Notes under the pieces: generated by a model | Told to the model about the DNA's origin: nothing | What the model saw: the letters and a program-made list of their open reading frames with translations, nothing else | Database searches by the model: none | Translations under genes and position numbers: made by a program | DNA from: a virus | Lineage: Duplodnaviria; Caudoviricetes | IMG/VR virus record: IMGVR_UViG_3300037419_003062 | Coordinates: 1 to 28,690 of that record | Length of the DNA stretch: 28,690 bases | Strand: one strand, 5' to 3' | Shown: positions 17,601-25,659 of the stretch, piece by piece | How positions within the stretch are numbered: position 1 is the first letter of the stretch | How the letters are laid out: every line of letters begins with the position of its first letter

Positions 17601-18189
17601 CTCTGAAGTGGCTGCGCTGACTACATTAACCGATACTCAATTACAACAATATGTTGCGCTCTGGAAGCAAAAGACACAAGATGCACGGACTGAAGCTACT
17701 AATCAGTTGCAACAACAGAACGCGGAAACACAGCAGAAAATCCTAGACTTACGGACACAGGCGAATACTCAACTAGAGGAGTACCGCAAAGAGTGGGCGA
17801 AGAAAAACGAGGAGATTCGTTCGAACACCCAAAAGGAAATAAACGAAATTAACAAGTCGTATAAGGAAATCACGGAAAAATCGAAAGACTACGGCGTTAA
17901 TATGATGCTTAACTTTATCGACGGTGCAAAGAGTAAATTCGCTGATTTACAGAAAATGCTATCCGAAACGGTAGATACAATCAGCAGCTATATGTCAATG
18001 GTTGGAATTTCAACTCCAGCGATCAATATGCCAAGTGTTGCAAAAGTTGGTTCTTCCGTGTCGAACAGTTCATCTCAAACGTATACGGTAAACAATCTCG
18101 GCGGTATACAGTTGCAGTACGGAAGTTCTAGTGATGTAGTTGACCAACTTCTGCGGGAACTTCAGAAGAAGGGTGTGAAGTTGCAATGA
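14662..18189 (+). CDS. Tail tape measure protein (TP901 family)
   Basis: 1175 aa; TP901 core (EAAEGLQELAASGF...KYAGPVA...GIKGEQAGTTLR); long coiled coil. Confidence 0.95.
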   Translation: MALQIGELFVNIKANMSELKRNLDQARQDSERAGNAIGDALKKGFGFAAGMAGFQGLSSALHELAQSALDFGGTMQKVKVLSDATNEEMKQLTDTALKMAPAMGFKATEAAEGLQELAASGFTAQQMAVMLPAVMSAAAASGEKLSLASELVASQLHSFGMEASQAGHIADVLAKASNISAIGMQDLNYSLKYAGPVAHAVGVSFEELGAAIAVMGNNGIKGEQAGTTLRSSIESLINPSREARDTMAALGISVKDSQGNLLPLATILGTFQEKLQNATSAQKAQAVAMIFGKEAASGMLSLIAAGPDKLKEFTKELENSAGSSKKAAEEMNNNFGGSLKKLQGTIQAVAVDIEKTLDPILKSVTDSLNKMFSSLKNSDEFKTSLSQSASTIASVFKLVVENSDKVILAIKAISSAFVAMRVVAVLNIATIAKALETLKLLLLSTRGWVGIAAAAFVVLEDSAGKNLYGIGDKQRSLGEFFVQSWKLMVNNALIIWYGFCQLVNQTANGIFKVINGIGKAFGSAGDLINTKWIDEQKAHLEGLVQESDKLANSVGDAGAKVAEAFSSWKTPGDPNADFQSLDSASYNTKADQIAGLGDAFKGLGADASAAMPEVSGLGSLLDDIGQKSKKGAKDSREEWEKLSDALQSSLRVIQAQWQLTTIEMGANAEQTKKLEAELSSLNDQYYIQNQIVEEARQGYETMLATKGIAAKETAEAADAYAKESKTLADMKDRMDEINLTLAKHEEIVNKLRDDISNLNILHETQLAKLAATATKVDELRLKQKQLNEDLTKQADLIKALTTEYEAVKAAKGEDSNETRKAYTELIKAQSEEAKMRKELRDTDKSFKEQANNVKELRDKLTDLTTKYDEVIKKQKDDLADALSDYAKKVLETNKKLADDEKKLTDDFKKTLNDRAKSLSDFVGLFEAVQPKQVSGTQLLNNLKGQVDTFEGWQKNIQTLAAKGVDQGLIAELKEMGPKSASEVAALTTLTDTQLQQYVALWKQKTQDARTEATNQLQQQNAETQQKILDLRTQANTQLEEYRKEWAKKNEEIRSNTQKEINEINKSYKEITEKSKDYGVNMMLNFIDGAKSKFADLQKMLSETVDTISSYMSMVGISTPAINMPSVAKVGSSVSNSSSQTYTVNNLGGIQLQYGSSSDVVDQLLRELQKKGVKLQ

Positions 18190-19325
18190 CGAGGCATCTT
18201 TACGTAGCTGGAGTTGACCGTTGGTCCGATTACATCCGTGATTCCCTTCGAATAGAAACGGCTTTAACGTATCAAATGGACACGGCATTATTTGACGTCA
18301 GAGGATCGCAGCCAAACGAAGGAGACGAAGTAATTATCGAAGATGACAGCGTTGGCCGTATATTCGGTGGCTTAATCGTCAAAGTCGATTTAGTGGATAC
18401 CATGCCGGATCGCAAGACTACAGTTTGGCGTGTGGATTGCGATGATTATACTGCGTTACTTGACCGTAAGCTTGTCGTAGAGACATATCAAAATATGACC
18501 GCCGACGCAATCTTCCGCGACATCGTAAACAAGTATTGCCCTGGGTTTACGGTCAATGGTGTTGAAACCGTCGCACCGATTATCGAAGAAATAATATTTG
18601 ACTATGTTCATCCATCCGATGCATTTAAACAAATATGTGACTACGTAGGATGGCAATGGCAAGTCGATTTCTATAAAGACTTAATATTCTTTAACGCAGA
18701 GGAGCTAAATAAAACGGCTCCTCTTTCTATTTCTTCCGGTGGATACTTCCGCAGCCTTAAGCACACTATCGACCAAACCGCACTTCGTAACCGTGTTTAT
18801 GTTAAGGGTGGAACGATGTTATCTGATCCGTTTATTTACGAGACGGTATCAGACGGAGCCAGTCGTACGTGGAATTTACCGCACAAACCGCATGAAGTAT
18901 CGCTAGTAGTCGGAGGAGTTACGAAAACAGTCGGAATCGAAAACGTCCACAAGGAAGAGGATTACGATTATCTAATGAGCTATCAGGAGAAATACGTAAG
19001 AGTTTCGGCACAGACGGCAACTCCTGCAAGCGGAGTGTTGATGACTTTCGTTTACAAATACGACATTGACGTCATTACTACAGTCGAAGACCTAAACTCT
19101 CAAGCGGCAATCAGCGCTGTACAAGGTGGAGATGGCGTATATGAGTTTGTTATATCAGATGATTCGCTGGTTACGTTGGATGCGGCTGAAGCAGCGGGTA
19201 ATGCCGATTTGAGATCGCATGCCAATCCGCAGGTAAAGGGAAGCTTTGAGACGGAAGCGGATGTTAAGCGGATGTTGCCGACCTGGAATGGCGCATTGAG
19301 TACGACATGGGGAGGTTTGATGTAA
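18186..19325 (+). CDS. Tail tip hub / Tal-like protein, N-terminal part (gene appears split)
   Basis: gp27-like hub pattern (RIFGGLIVKV...VDCDDYTALLDRKLV...WQWQVDFYKDLIFF...LRNRVYVKGG); ends at GSFETE plus a TW-motif tail, lacking the usual W/L-x-PGQ-x-V-x-I terminal barrel. Confidence 0.78.
   Translation: MTRHLYVAGVDRWSDYIRDSLRIETALTYQMDTALFDVRGSQPNEGDEVIIEDDSVGRIFGGLIVKVDLVDTMPDRKTTVWRVDCDDYTALLDRKLVVETYQNMTADAIFRDIVNKYCPGFTVNGVETVAPIIEEIIFDYVHPSDAFKQICDYVGWQWQVDFYKDLIFFNAEELNKTAPLSISSGGYFRSLKHTIDQTALRNRVYVKGGTMLSDPFIYETVSDGASRTWNLPHKPHEVSLVVGGVTKTVGIENVHKEEDYDYLMSYQEKYVRVSAQTATPASGVLMTFVYKYDIDVITTVEDLNSQAAISAVQGGDGVYEFVISDDSLVTLDAAEAAGNADLRSHANPQVKGSFETEADVKRMLPTWNGALSTTWGGLM
19305..19318 (+). 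repeat. Left copy of in-frame direct repeat ACATGGGGAG(G/A)TTT; partner at 23244-23257
   Basis: 13/14 identity, 10-bp perfect core; both copies start on a codon boundary (T-W-G). Confidence 0.6.
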
Positions 19326-20845
19326 TGGCGACTAATACGCCTAATTTAAATTTAAAGAAACCGGCCTATACAGATCCGGTTGATATAGCAGATTTAAACG
19401 GGAACATGGACAAGATCGACCAGCAAATTGGAAGTTTATCGGTTTTTTTAAACCCTAAGTCATACGGTGCAAAAGGCGATGGGGTTACGTATGATGCACA
19501 GGCTATTATTGATTGTATCAATGACGCTTACACCAAAGGGATTAAAGAGGTTCATGTACCAAGTGGAACGTACCTATTGGATAAGACCGTAAAAATCATA
19601 AGCAAACACGACATTAAGTTAATTGGTGTTGGTTATGTCGAGTTTAAAATGAAAACGGGATTTATCGTTTCTTCTTCCAACCCTTCTGCACCTGATAACC
19701 GAGTTATTCATTTCGATAACTGCAATAATATCACAGTTGAAAACATTGTCCTAAATGGTAATGCTTCGGACACTTCTATTTACAACGGCTATGGAATTGC
19801 TTTTTTGTATGGTACTAATTGCCGTTTAAAAGATTGCATTGTGAAGAATTTAGGCGGTGAAGGTGTTGTTATCGAAGGTGGTTCTAAAATATGGGTAGAA
19901 AATACCGAAGTAACGAACACCAACCACGGCATTAATTATTACAATGGCGCAACCGATGTATTCATTGATAATGTTCGTGTGGACGTAAGAGGGTACGGCA
20001 TTTTTAACGAAGCTTCCTTTTCATCCAAAATAACTAATAGCCGAATTAAAGGAACCAACGCAGGTTATATTGGATGGGCTTCTGATTTAGCTATCGGGTA
20101 CGCTCAAAACATTGATTCGATAATTTTAGATGGAAACGAAATCATTGGTGGTCTAGGAATCAAGATTTACGAAGGAGCAAACCAAATTCTTGATGCCATT
20201 GTGACCAATAACAAAATTACAAGTGATAATGCTAGTGCTTGTCAATTAACGGTTTCTAATCGGGGTATATTCGAAGGTAATACTGTAATCGGAACAGCAA
20301 GCGGAAGTTTAGCGTTTGAATCGTTTTTATTACAAGCTAAAAATACAACGATTTCTGGAAATATATTTAAAGCCACCAATTCGAATTACAGTTTCCATAT
20401 TCGGGATGATAACACCAATTGTCGCATTGGTTTAAATAATCATGTAGGGATTATCTTAAATGATGCCAATAAAGCCGCTATTAGCCGTGGAAATGTGTAT
20501 GGTTCGGGAGATAGTACGCAAGTTCGTGGCGGTGGAAATGGAAGTCTACAGGACGAATCTTTCCGTAGGGTTAACGCAAATTACACCGTTATTTTAGAAG
20601 ATAGCCTTATTTTATGCGATGCAGGAGCAAGCGGAATCACTGTTACCCTTCCAGCAACAGCAACTATTCCGAAGGGGAAGAAATTCAGAATCAAAAAGAT
20701 TGCAGGAGCAGGAGTATTAACGGTTACTTCCCCTACTGCAAGCAGTATTGAAGGAAGTACGTCCGTTACAGTGACAAACTATGCGGAATTGCTGTTTGAA
20801 ATGTACGCAGGAACACCGTATTGGTACATTTTAAATCAACGTTAA
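19325..20845 (+). CDS. Tailspike / depolymerase with right-handed beta-helix (pectate-lyase-3-like); start ATG 19325
   Basis: N-terminal MATNTPNLNLKKP..D..DIADLN.NMDKID anchor, NPKSYGAKGDGVTYD...VPSGTYL, Asn-ladder repeats, C-terminal ILCDA..G.ITVTLP...IKKI domain. Confidence 0.88.
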   Translation: MATNTPNLNLKKPAYTDPVDIADLNGNMDKIDQQIGSLSVFLNPKSYGAKGDGVTYDAQAIIDCINDAYTKGIKEVHVPSGTYLLDKTVKIISKHDIKLIGVGYVEFKMKTGFIVSSSNPSAPDNRVIHFDNCNNITVENIVLNGNASDTSIYNGYGIAFLYGTNCRLKDCIVKNLGGEGVVIEGGSKIWVENTEVTNTNHGINYYNGATDVFIDNVRVDVRGYGIFNEASFSSKITNSRIKGTNAGYIGWASDLAIGYAQNIDSIILDGNEIIGGLGIKIYEGANQILDAIVTNNKITSDNASACQLTVSNRGIFEGNTVIGTASGSLAFESFLLQAKNTTISGNIFKATNSNYSFHIRDDNTNCRIGLNNHVGIILNDANKAAISRGNVYGSGDSTQVRGGGNGSLQDESFRRVNANYTVILEDSLILCDAGASGITVTLPATATIPKGKKFRIKKIAGAGVLTVTSPTASSIEGSTSVTVTNYAELLFEMYAGTPYWYILNQR

Positions 20846-20857
20846 AACCCGATCAAA
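20843..20857 (+). repeat. Left copy of direct repeat TAAAACCCGA(T/C)CAAA; partner at 23198-23212
   Basis: 14/15 identity; both copies begin at a TAA stop codon. Confidence 0.65.
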
Positions 20858-20871
20858 TCAATATTTTACCG

Positions 20872-20900
20872 AGAAGTCCGAAAGGGCTTCTTTTTATTTT
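20872..20900 (+). terminator. Intrinsic terminator after tailspike
   Basis: AGAAGTCC-gaaa-GGGCTTCT followed by TTTTATTTT. Confidence 0.7.
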
Positions 20901-20920
20901 AACTCTAGGAGGAATGTACA

Positions 20921-21379
20921 ATGGCAAACGAAAACATCAAAATTAAAGGTCATATCGCTTGGGAACTAATCCGTGATGGTGTCGTAGTAGAAAGCGGAGA
21001 ACGTGACAATATTATCACTACCGCAGGAAAGAACGCTCTTGCATCGTTATTAAACTCAGCATCCGCAGGAACTTCTCTAATAACACACATGGGATTCGGT
21101 ACATCAACAACGGCTGTTGCTGTTGGAGATACAGCACTAGGAACGGAATTAAGCGCAGGCGGATATTCACGTGTGGCTGTGTCTCGATCTGTAGCAAATA
21201 ATGTTATTACCTATACTGCAACATTGACAGGAGTAACAAGCAATCCAACTATCCAAGAAGCAGGACTATTTAACGCATCCACAGCAGGAACGTTATTCGC
21301 GCACCAGCTTACAGGTGCGGTCAACTTAGCAACATCTTCTGATTCTCTAGCGGTTACTTGGACAGTTACCTTCTCATAG
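20921..21379 (+). CDS. Putative fibre/appendage structural subunit (tail-collar-fibre-like); paralog of 23620..24066
   Basis: NIITTAGKNALA...HMGFGTSTTA....DTALGTE...R...I.EAGLFNA...G.LF...L.VTWTVTF. Confidence 0.65.
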   Translation: MANENIKIKGHIAWELIRDGVVVESGERDNIITTAGKNALASLLNSASAGTSLITHMGFGTSTTAVAVGDTALGTELSAGGYSRVAVSRSVANNVITYTATLTGVTSNPTIQEAGLFNASTAGTLFAHQLTGAVNLATSSDSLAVTWTVTFS

Positions 21380-21392
21380 GACGTGATCGGGT

Positions 21393-21620
21393 ATGAACTA
21401 TTATATTCTTCCTAAAATTGGTACAGGAACATCATCAGATGATGCTTTTCGTCCTGATGTTCCTTCCGGAATACCTTATGTATGTCAAGAAACAAACGAA
21501 GGTAATTTTCTTGTGGGAACATCGGAAAGTATCCCGAATCAAACAACCATTACAGATTTGCAAGGAGCATGTACTTATTACGGTTTAAATTATGATGATG
21601 TTCTGAAATGGATGGTTTAG
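21393..21620 (+). CDS. Hypothetical protein (possible partner/chaperone of the downstream adhesin)
   Basis: 75 aa; P.IGTGT..DAFRP motif; SD present. Confidence 0.65.
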   Translation: MNYYILPKIGTGTSSDDAFRPDVPSGIPYVCQETNEGNFLVGTSESIPNQTTITDLQGACTYYGLNYDDVLKWMV

Positions 21621-21631
21621 GAGGTGGTTAA

Positions 21632-22864
21632 ATGACTGTGTTAGCATCGGATTCATTTAACCGCGCTAACTCAACATCAACTATTGGAACTACAGACAGT
21701 TACAATGGCGGGACAACAAAAACATGGCAAACCTTCAATGGCGCTGTTGGTGGAATCAATAGCAACCAAGCGTATATAGTCAGTGGAGGTAGCGGTGATA
21801 ATATATCTTGCGGAATAAATGCTGGTGCAAGTGACGTTACTTATACGATAACTCTTGCTACTGCTGTGAATTTCTCTAATCTTCATATTAGATCTGCAAG
21901 TGCTTCATCATCCATAATACTCCAGTTAAAATCAAACGGATATTTTCTATACACTCTATCGTCAGGTACCTACACATCAATAGGTTCTACAACAGCCAAA
22001 GTTCCTGCTAGTGGAGACGTTGTTTCTTTTACTTGTAATGGAACGTCTATTACTATTTCCATTAATGGAACACAGTATATTAGTGCAACTACATCATTTA
22101 ATCAAACGGCTACCATTTTCGGATTCGGTGGCGGAGGTTCGACCGCTAGATGGGATAATTTCGAGGTCGATGATTTAACCACAGGCGGAGGAACCACGAC
22201 AACTAAATCATTATCTGATTCCGTTGGTTCTTCGGATGCCATTTCAAAATCCATTGTCCGTAGTCAATCGGACAGCATTGCGTCATCTGATACGATCAGC
22301 AAGCAATTATCAATCACGGTAGTTGATACGGTATCCAGTGGTGATGGTTCGCAGAAAGTCGATTCTAAGATGTTCAGCGACATGGTAACATCTGCTGATG
22401 CCATTTCCTCAACGAAAGGCATCAATTTAAGCGATTCTATGGCGATTGTGGATGCCATTACCAAAGCGTTGAGCATATCTAAAGACGATAACATAGGGAC
22501 AACGGATACTGACAGTGAATCCGTTGTTAAAGGATTTGCGGATTTATTATCTTTGACGGACATTTTAACTAAAAACGGTGGCAAAGCGGTTATTCTTTCC
22601 GACAGCATTAATATTTCGGATACTCTCATAAAGAGTACCGTCAAGTTGAAAATGGATTCCGTTGGGCTAACTGATAACCTAGCGAAGCAATCCAATGTGA
22701 GTGTTCGCTTATATGATGTTGTGGTGACTACAGACCAGTTAAGCTTGTTTAATCCGAATGCACCGCAGATTATTGGGAAAGTGGAATTGCAAGGCAATCG
22801 GGAACTGTACGTGTATTTAATTGGTAAGCGAGAATTAAACGTTAATCTGAAAGGCGGGATTTAA
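21632..22864 (+). CDS. Putative adhesin/fibre: N-terminal lectin-like beta-sandwich plus about ten 18-20-aa D-x5-D repeats
   Basis: SDSFNRAN...W...WDNFEV domain; GGGTTTT linker; repeats encoded at 22205-22741. Confidence 0.7.
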   Translation: MTVLASDSFNRANSTSTIGTTDSYNGGTTKTWQTFNGAVGGINSNQAYIVSGGSGDNISCGINAGASDVTYTITLATAVNFSNLHIRSASASSSIILQLKSNGYFLYTLSSGTYTSIGSTTAKVPASGDVVSFTCNGTSITISINGTQYISATTSFNQTATIFGFGGGGSTARWDNFEVDDLTTGGGTTTTKSLSDSVGSSDAISKSIVRSQSDSIASSDTISKQLSITVVDTVSSGDGSQKVDSKMFSDMVTSADAISSTKGINLSDSMAIVDAITKALSISKDDNIGTTDTDSESVVKGFADLLSLTDILTKNGGKAVILSDSINISDTLIKSTVKLKMDSVGLTDNLAKQSNVSVRLYDVVVTTDQLSLFNPNAPQIIGKVELQGNRELYVYLIGKRELNVNLKGGI

Positions 22865-23200
22865 TTGACTGCTAAAAATCAGAATTTCGAAATGTTCCAA
22901 GGTGACACGAAAAATATCGTTGTCACCGTTACAGGAACGGACTTAACTGGCGCAAGTATCAAATGGGCAATGAAGCGTAGTGTATCCAGTACCGTTGTTG
23001 ATGTGAGTAAAAGCATTGGCAACGGTATTTCTATTACTTCCGCATCCCCTACAAGTAGTGTATTTGAGATCAAACTTGATCCTGCTGATACTATCAACTT
23101 AAAGGGCGATTACTATCACGAAGCAGAGGTCAAAGATGCACAGAATAATGTTAGTACCGTAATGACAGGACGAATTTCGATCCAGTTAAGCGGAGTATAA
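22865..23200 (+). CDS. BppU-N-like Ig-fold baseplate/fibre anchor protein (TTG start)
   Basis: QGDT....V.VTG.DLTGASI.W.MK...I.L.P.DT..L.G.YYHE.EV.D....V.TV..G.I.I. Confidence 0.7.
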   Translation: MTAKNQNFEMFQGDTKNIVVTVTGTDLTGASIKWAMKRSVSSTVVDVSKSIGNGISITSASPTSSVFEIKLDPADTINLKGDYYHEAEVKDAQNNVSTVMTGRISIQLSGV

Positions 23201-23237
23201 AACCCGACCAAACAGGTCTTTTTTAGGAGGTGATGCC

Positions 23238-23609
23238 GTGGCAACATGGGGAGATTTCGTTAATTCACAAACGTGGGTGCCAGGGCAACTGGTGACAATC
23301 GATTTACCCGATAGAGGAATCAACGGTACATTCCTCATCCAAAAGGTCACGATCACACCAGCTACCCCGGACAAATGGACGTATAAAGTGGAGTATGGTG
23401 GCAGGCTGCTTGGTATTGCCGACTTCCTCAAAGCGTTGGTATCAGCGCAACAGAAGAAGAAAACGAATGATAGCGCAGTCCTGCACAAGTTCAAGTACGG
23501 ACAAGAAACATCATTAGTTACGGATGAATTAGTAACTACATCCCATGCAAACGTGGCGTGGAAATGCGGAGATGCAGACGCAATATGCGGTTTTGTCGCT
23601 TGCATATAG
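23238..23609 (+). CDS. Tail tip hub, C-terminal part expressed as a separate gene (GTG start)
   Basis: SD AGGAGGTG; WVPGQLVTIDLPDRGINGTFLIQKVTI...WTYKVEYG is the terminal beta-barrel strand set expected right after GSFETE in hub proteins. Confidence 0.72.
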   Translation: MATWGDFVNSQTWVPGQLVTIDLPDRGINGTFLIQKVTITPATPDKWTYKVEYGGRLLGIADFLKALVSAQQKKKTNDSAVLHKFKYGQETSLVTDELVTTSHANVAWKCGDADAICGFVACI

Positions 23610-23619
23610 GAGGTGACGT

Positions 23620-24066
23620 ATGGAATTTACAGAACATGCCGGGATTGTCGGTCATTGGACGTTTACCTATGACGATGGGACCGTAATAGAACGAAAGAAT
23701 CTTATCACTGGAAGCGGCCTGAATTGGTTCGCTTCTCTTTTTATTAACGAGACAACCAACGATGTACCCTTTTACATTGCGTTGGGTACCGGGACTGCTG
23801 CGGCAGTATCAACGGACACCAAGTTAGGCGCAGAGGGATTCCGAAAGTTGATTGCGAGTAAATCACGGCAAAACAACATGGTACGGTTGCGGATGTTCTT
23901 GCTACAGTCGGAAGCTAACCAGGATTGGGGTGAGTTTGGCGTTTATGCAGCAGGAACCGAAAATCTTGAATCAGGGGTACTTATCAACAGACTAGTTGCG
24001 CCAATATCAAAGGCCTTTAATCAACTCCTTACGATTGAGTGCAAACTCTACTTTAACGCAGGATGA
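23620..24066 (+). CDS. Tail tip/baseplate structural protein (tail-collar-fibre-like)
   Basis: KNLITGSGLN...YIALGTGT.A....DTKLG.E..RK...EAN..W.EFGVYA. Confidence 0.7.
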   Translation: MEFTEHAGIVGHWTFTYDDGTVIERKNLITGSGLNWFASLFINETTNDVPFYIALGTGTAAAVSTDTKLGAEGFRKLIASKSRQNNMVRLRMFLLQSEANQDWGEFGVYAAGTENLESGVLINRLVAPISKAFNQLLTIECKLYFNAG

Positions 24067-24075
24067 GGTGAGTAA

Positions 24076-24744
24076 ATGATTTACGCAGCAAAGAATGGGA
24101 TCACGCAACTTGATGACGTGTTCCTCAATTCGTATATGTCCGCACAGTCGTCAAGTTTGATATTTGATGGTGATCTTGTTTCTTCGGCAACAGGATCGGG
24201 AACAACCGAGAACAATCTTTCGCTATCAGATTTATCCACATCGTTTGTACTCACGGGACAAACAACGATAGGACGAATAGAACTAGATCTGAAGAAGTAC
24301 GGAGTGGGTGCGGATTTAACGGTGGAGATCCGTGATACAACTGTTGGCGGTACGCTTAAAGGTTCGTACACATTCCCGAAAAAGCTATTCAGCGCAACGG
24401 GTGGGTTCATCTCGTTACCTATCGATTTAAGCGGACTGACAGCAGGCGGCACTTATTACATTGTGCTGAAGATGGCCGGGGATAGCACGAATCATTTGCG
24501 GTGGATAGGTGAGAGCGGAGGGGCTTTACATTATAAGGTGTTTGCGAATACTCCGGGAACTTACGTATTAAAGCATGGGGTTTACGGTGCTAATGCTAAA
24601 ACATTGCTTAACTATGATGGTAGCGGAAACTTGACGGAGATTTGGCGGTGGTTGCCAGCGAGTGATGGAACCATGATAATTTGCGATAAAATGACACCGA
24701 CAAATGACGTGAATGGTGTCGCTACAAAGTGGGGTGTAAGTTAA
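24076..24744 (+). CDS. Tail tip structural protein
   Basis: 222 aa, beta-rich, SD GAGGTGA; lies in the tail-tip cluster. Confidence 0.65.
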   Translation: MIYAAKNGITQLDDVFLNSYMSAQSSSLIFDGDLVSSATGSGTTENNLSLSDLSTSFVLTGQTTIGRIELDLKKYGVGADLTVEIRDTTVGGTLKGSYTFPKKLFSATGGFISLPIDLSGLTAGGTYYIVLKMAGDSTNHLRWIGESGGALHYKVFANTPGTYVLKHGVYGANAKTLLNYDGSGNLTEIWRWLPASDGTMIICDKMTPTNDVNGVATKWGVS

Positions 24745-25142
24745 TGTTCGGCATGTGGGATGCAATATATGCGTATTTATCACGAATGGTTGGAAATCGG
24801 ACGGATGCAGCTGATTCTGCAGGAAGTTTACATGCAAAGACAACTGATATAAAAAACGCTGTGAGTAATGTCCAGACAACTTTAACTGCAAAATCAGCAA
24901 TTAAAAGCATTCAAAGAGGAACGGCAGCTGCTGGTGCTGCTACACCATTCTCGGTTACTATTTCGAGTGTGAACACATCTAAAACGATGGTTAATTTATT
25001 AGGGAAGCACTGGAATAACACAAACACTCTAACAGAAGCGAATGCTTTTGTAAGCTTATATTTAACCGATTCAACGACTTTGACAATAAATTCTTATGTT
25101 GCAGGACATACGATTTCATGGGAGGTGATCGAGTATGTCTAA
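24744..25142 (+). CDS. Short tail fibre / receptor-binding-like protein (start ATG 24744)
   Basis: VG.RTDAA...GSLHAK N-terminus and IKSIQRG...VTISSVN.SK...ISWEVIEY C-terminal domain. Confidence 0.65.
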   Translation: MFGMWDAIYAYLSRMVGNRTDAADSAGSLHAKTTDIKNAVSNVQTTLTAKSAIKSIQRGTAAAGAATPFSVTISSVNTSKTMVNLLGKHWNNTNTLTEANAFVSLYLTDSTTLTINSYVAGHTISWEVIEYV

Positions 25143-25659
25143 TTTTTACGCCCAAATTGACCATAACAACACTGTAATAGGAGTCAGTGAATTGCATTCT
25201 CAGGAAATAGCGGAACATCTAATTCCTATCGATTCTTATGACATTTCGTTATTAGGTAAGGTTTATGACAATATTACCAATACATTTTCTGATCGCGCTA
25301 AAACATTAGACGAAGTAAAAGCCGATAAGAAATCGGAACTTCTACAATATTACTACGGATCATTCGCAACGTTTCAATCATCGGCAACAGGAACGCTTAA
25401 AACGTACCCTATCGATTTAGAAGCACAGGACAACTTAAAAGATTATCAGCAACGGTTGATTGCGGACTCTACTAAAGATTCGTTCTGGTTTAAGACAATC
25501 GAAGATGGAACGTTAATTCAACACACAAGAGCGCAGTTCCTTCAATTGCTAGAAGATGCTGAAACGTTCAAGGTTACGCAGACTATTCATTACAACGATA
25601 AACTAGACGAAGTTAACGCAGCCACAGATGAAGCAACCGTTAATACAATCGTATGGTAA
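25135..25659 (+). CDS. Tail fibre assembly / DUF4376-like protein
   Basis: FYAQID....V.GVSEL N-terminus; TLDEVKADKKSEL...HT..QF.QL...V.AA.....V..IVW C-terminus. Confidence 0.7.
   Translation: MSNFYAQIDHNNTVIGVSELHSQEIAEHLIPIDSYDISLLGKVYDNITNTFSDRAKTLDEVKADKKSELLQYYYGSFATFQSSATGTLKTYPIDLEAQDNLKDYQQRLIADSTKDSFWFKTIEDGTLIQHTRAQFLQLLEDAETFKVTQTIHYNDKLDEVNAATDEATVNTIVW

Noticed and set aside
19326-23237. Self-splicing intron or intein explaining the split hub
   Set aside because: The insert is filled with structural genes and terminators, shows no recognisable group I/II core or intein motifs, and the downstream half has its own SD and start.
19325-25659. Diversity-generating retroelement or invertase shufflon acting on fibre genes
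   Set aside because: No reverse transcriptase, TR/VR pair, invertase or inverted gene cassettes are visible in the window.
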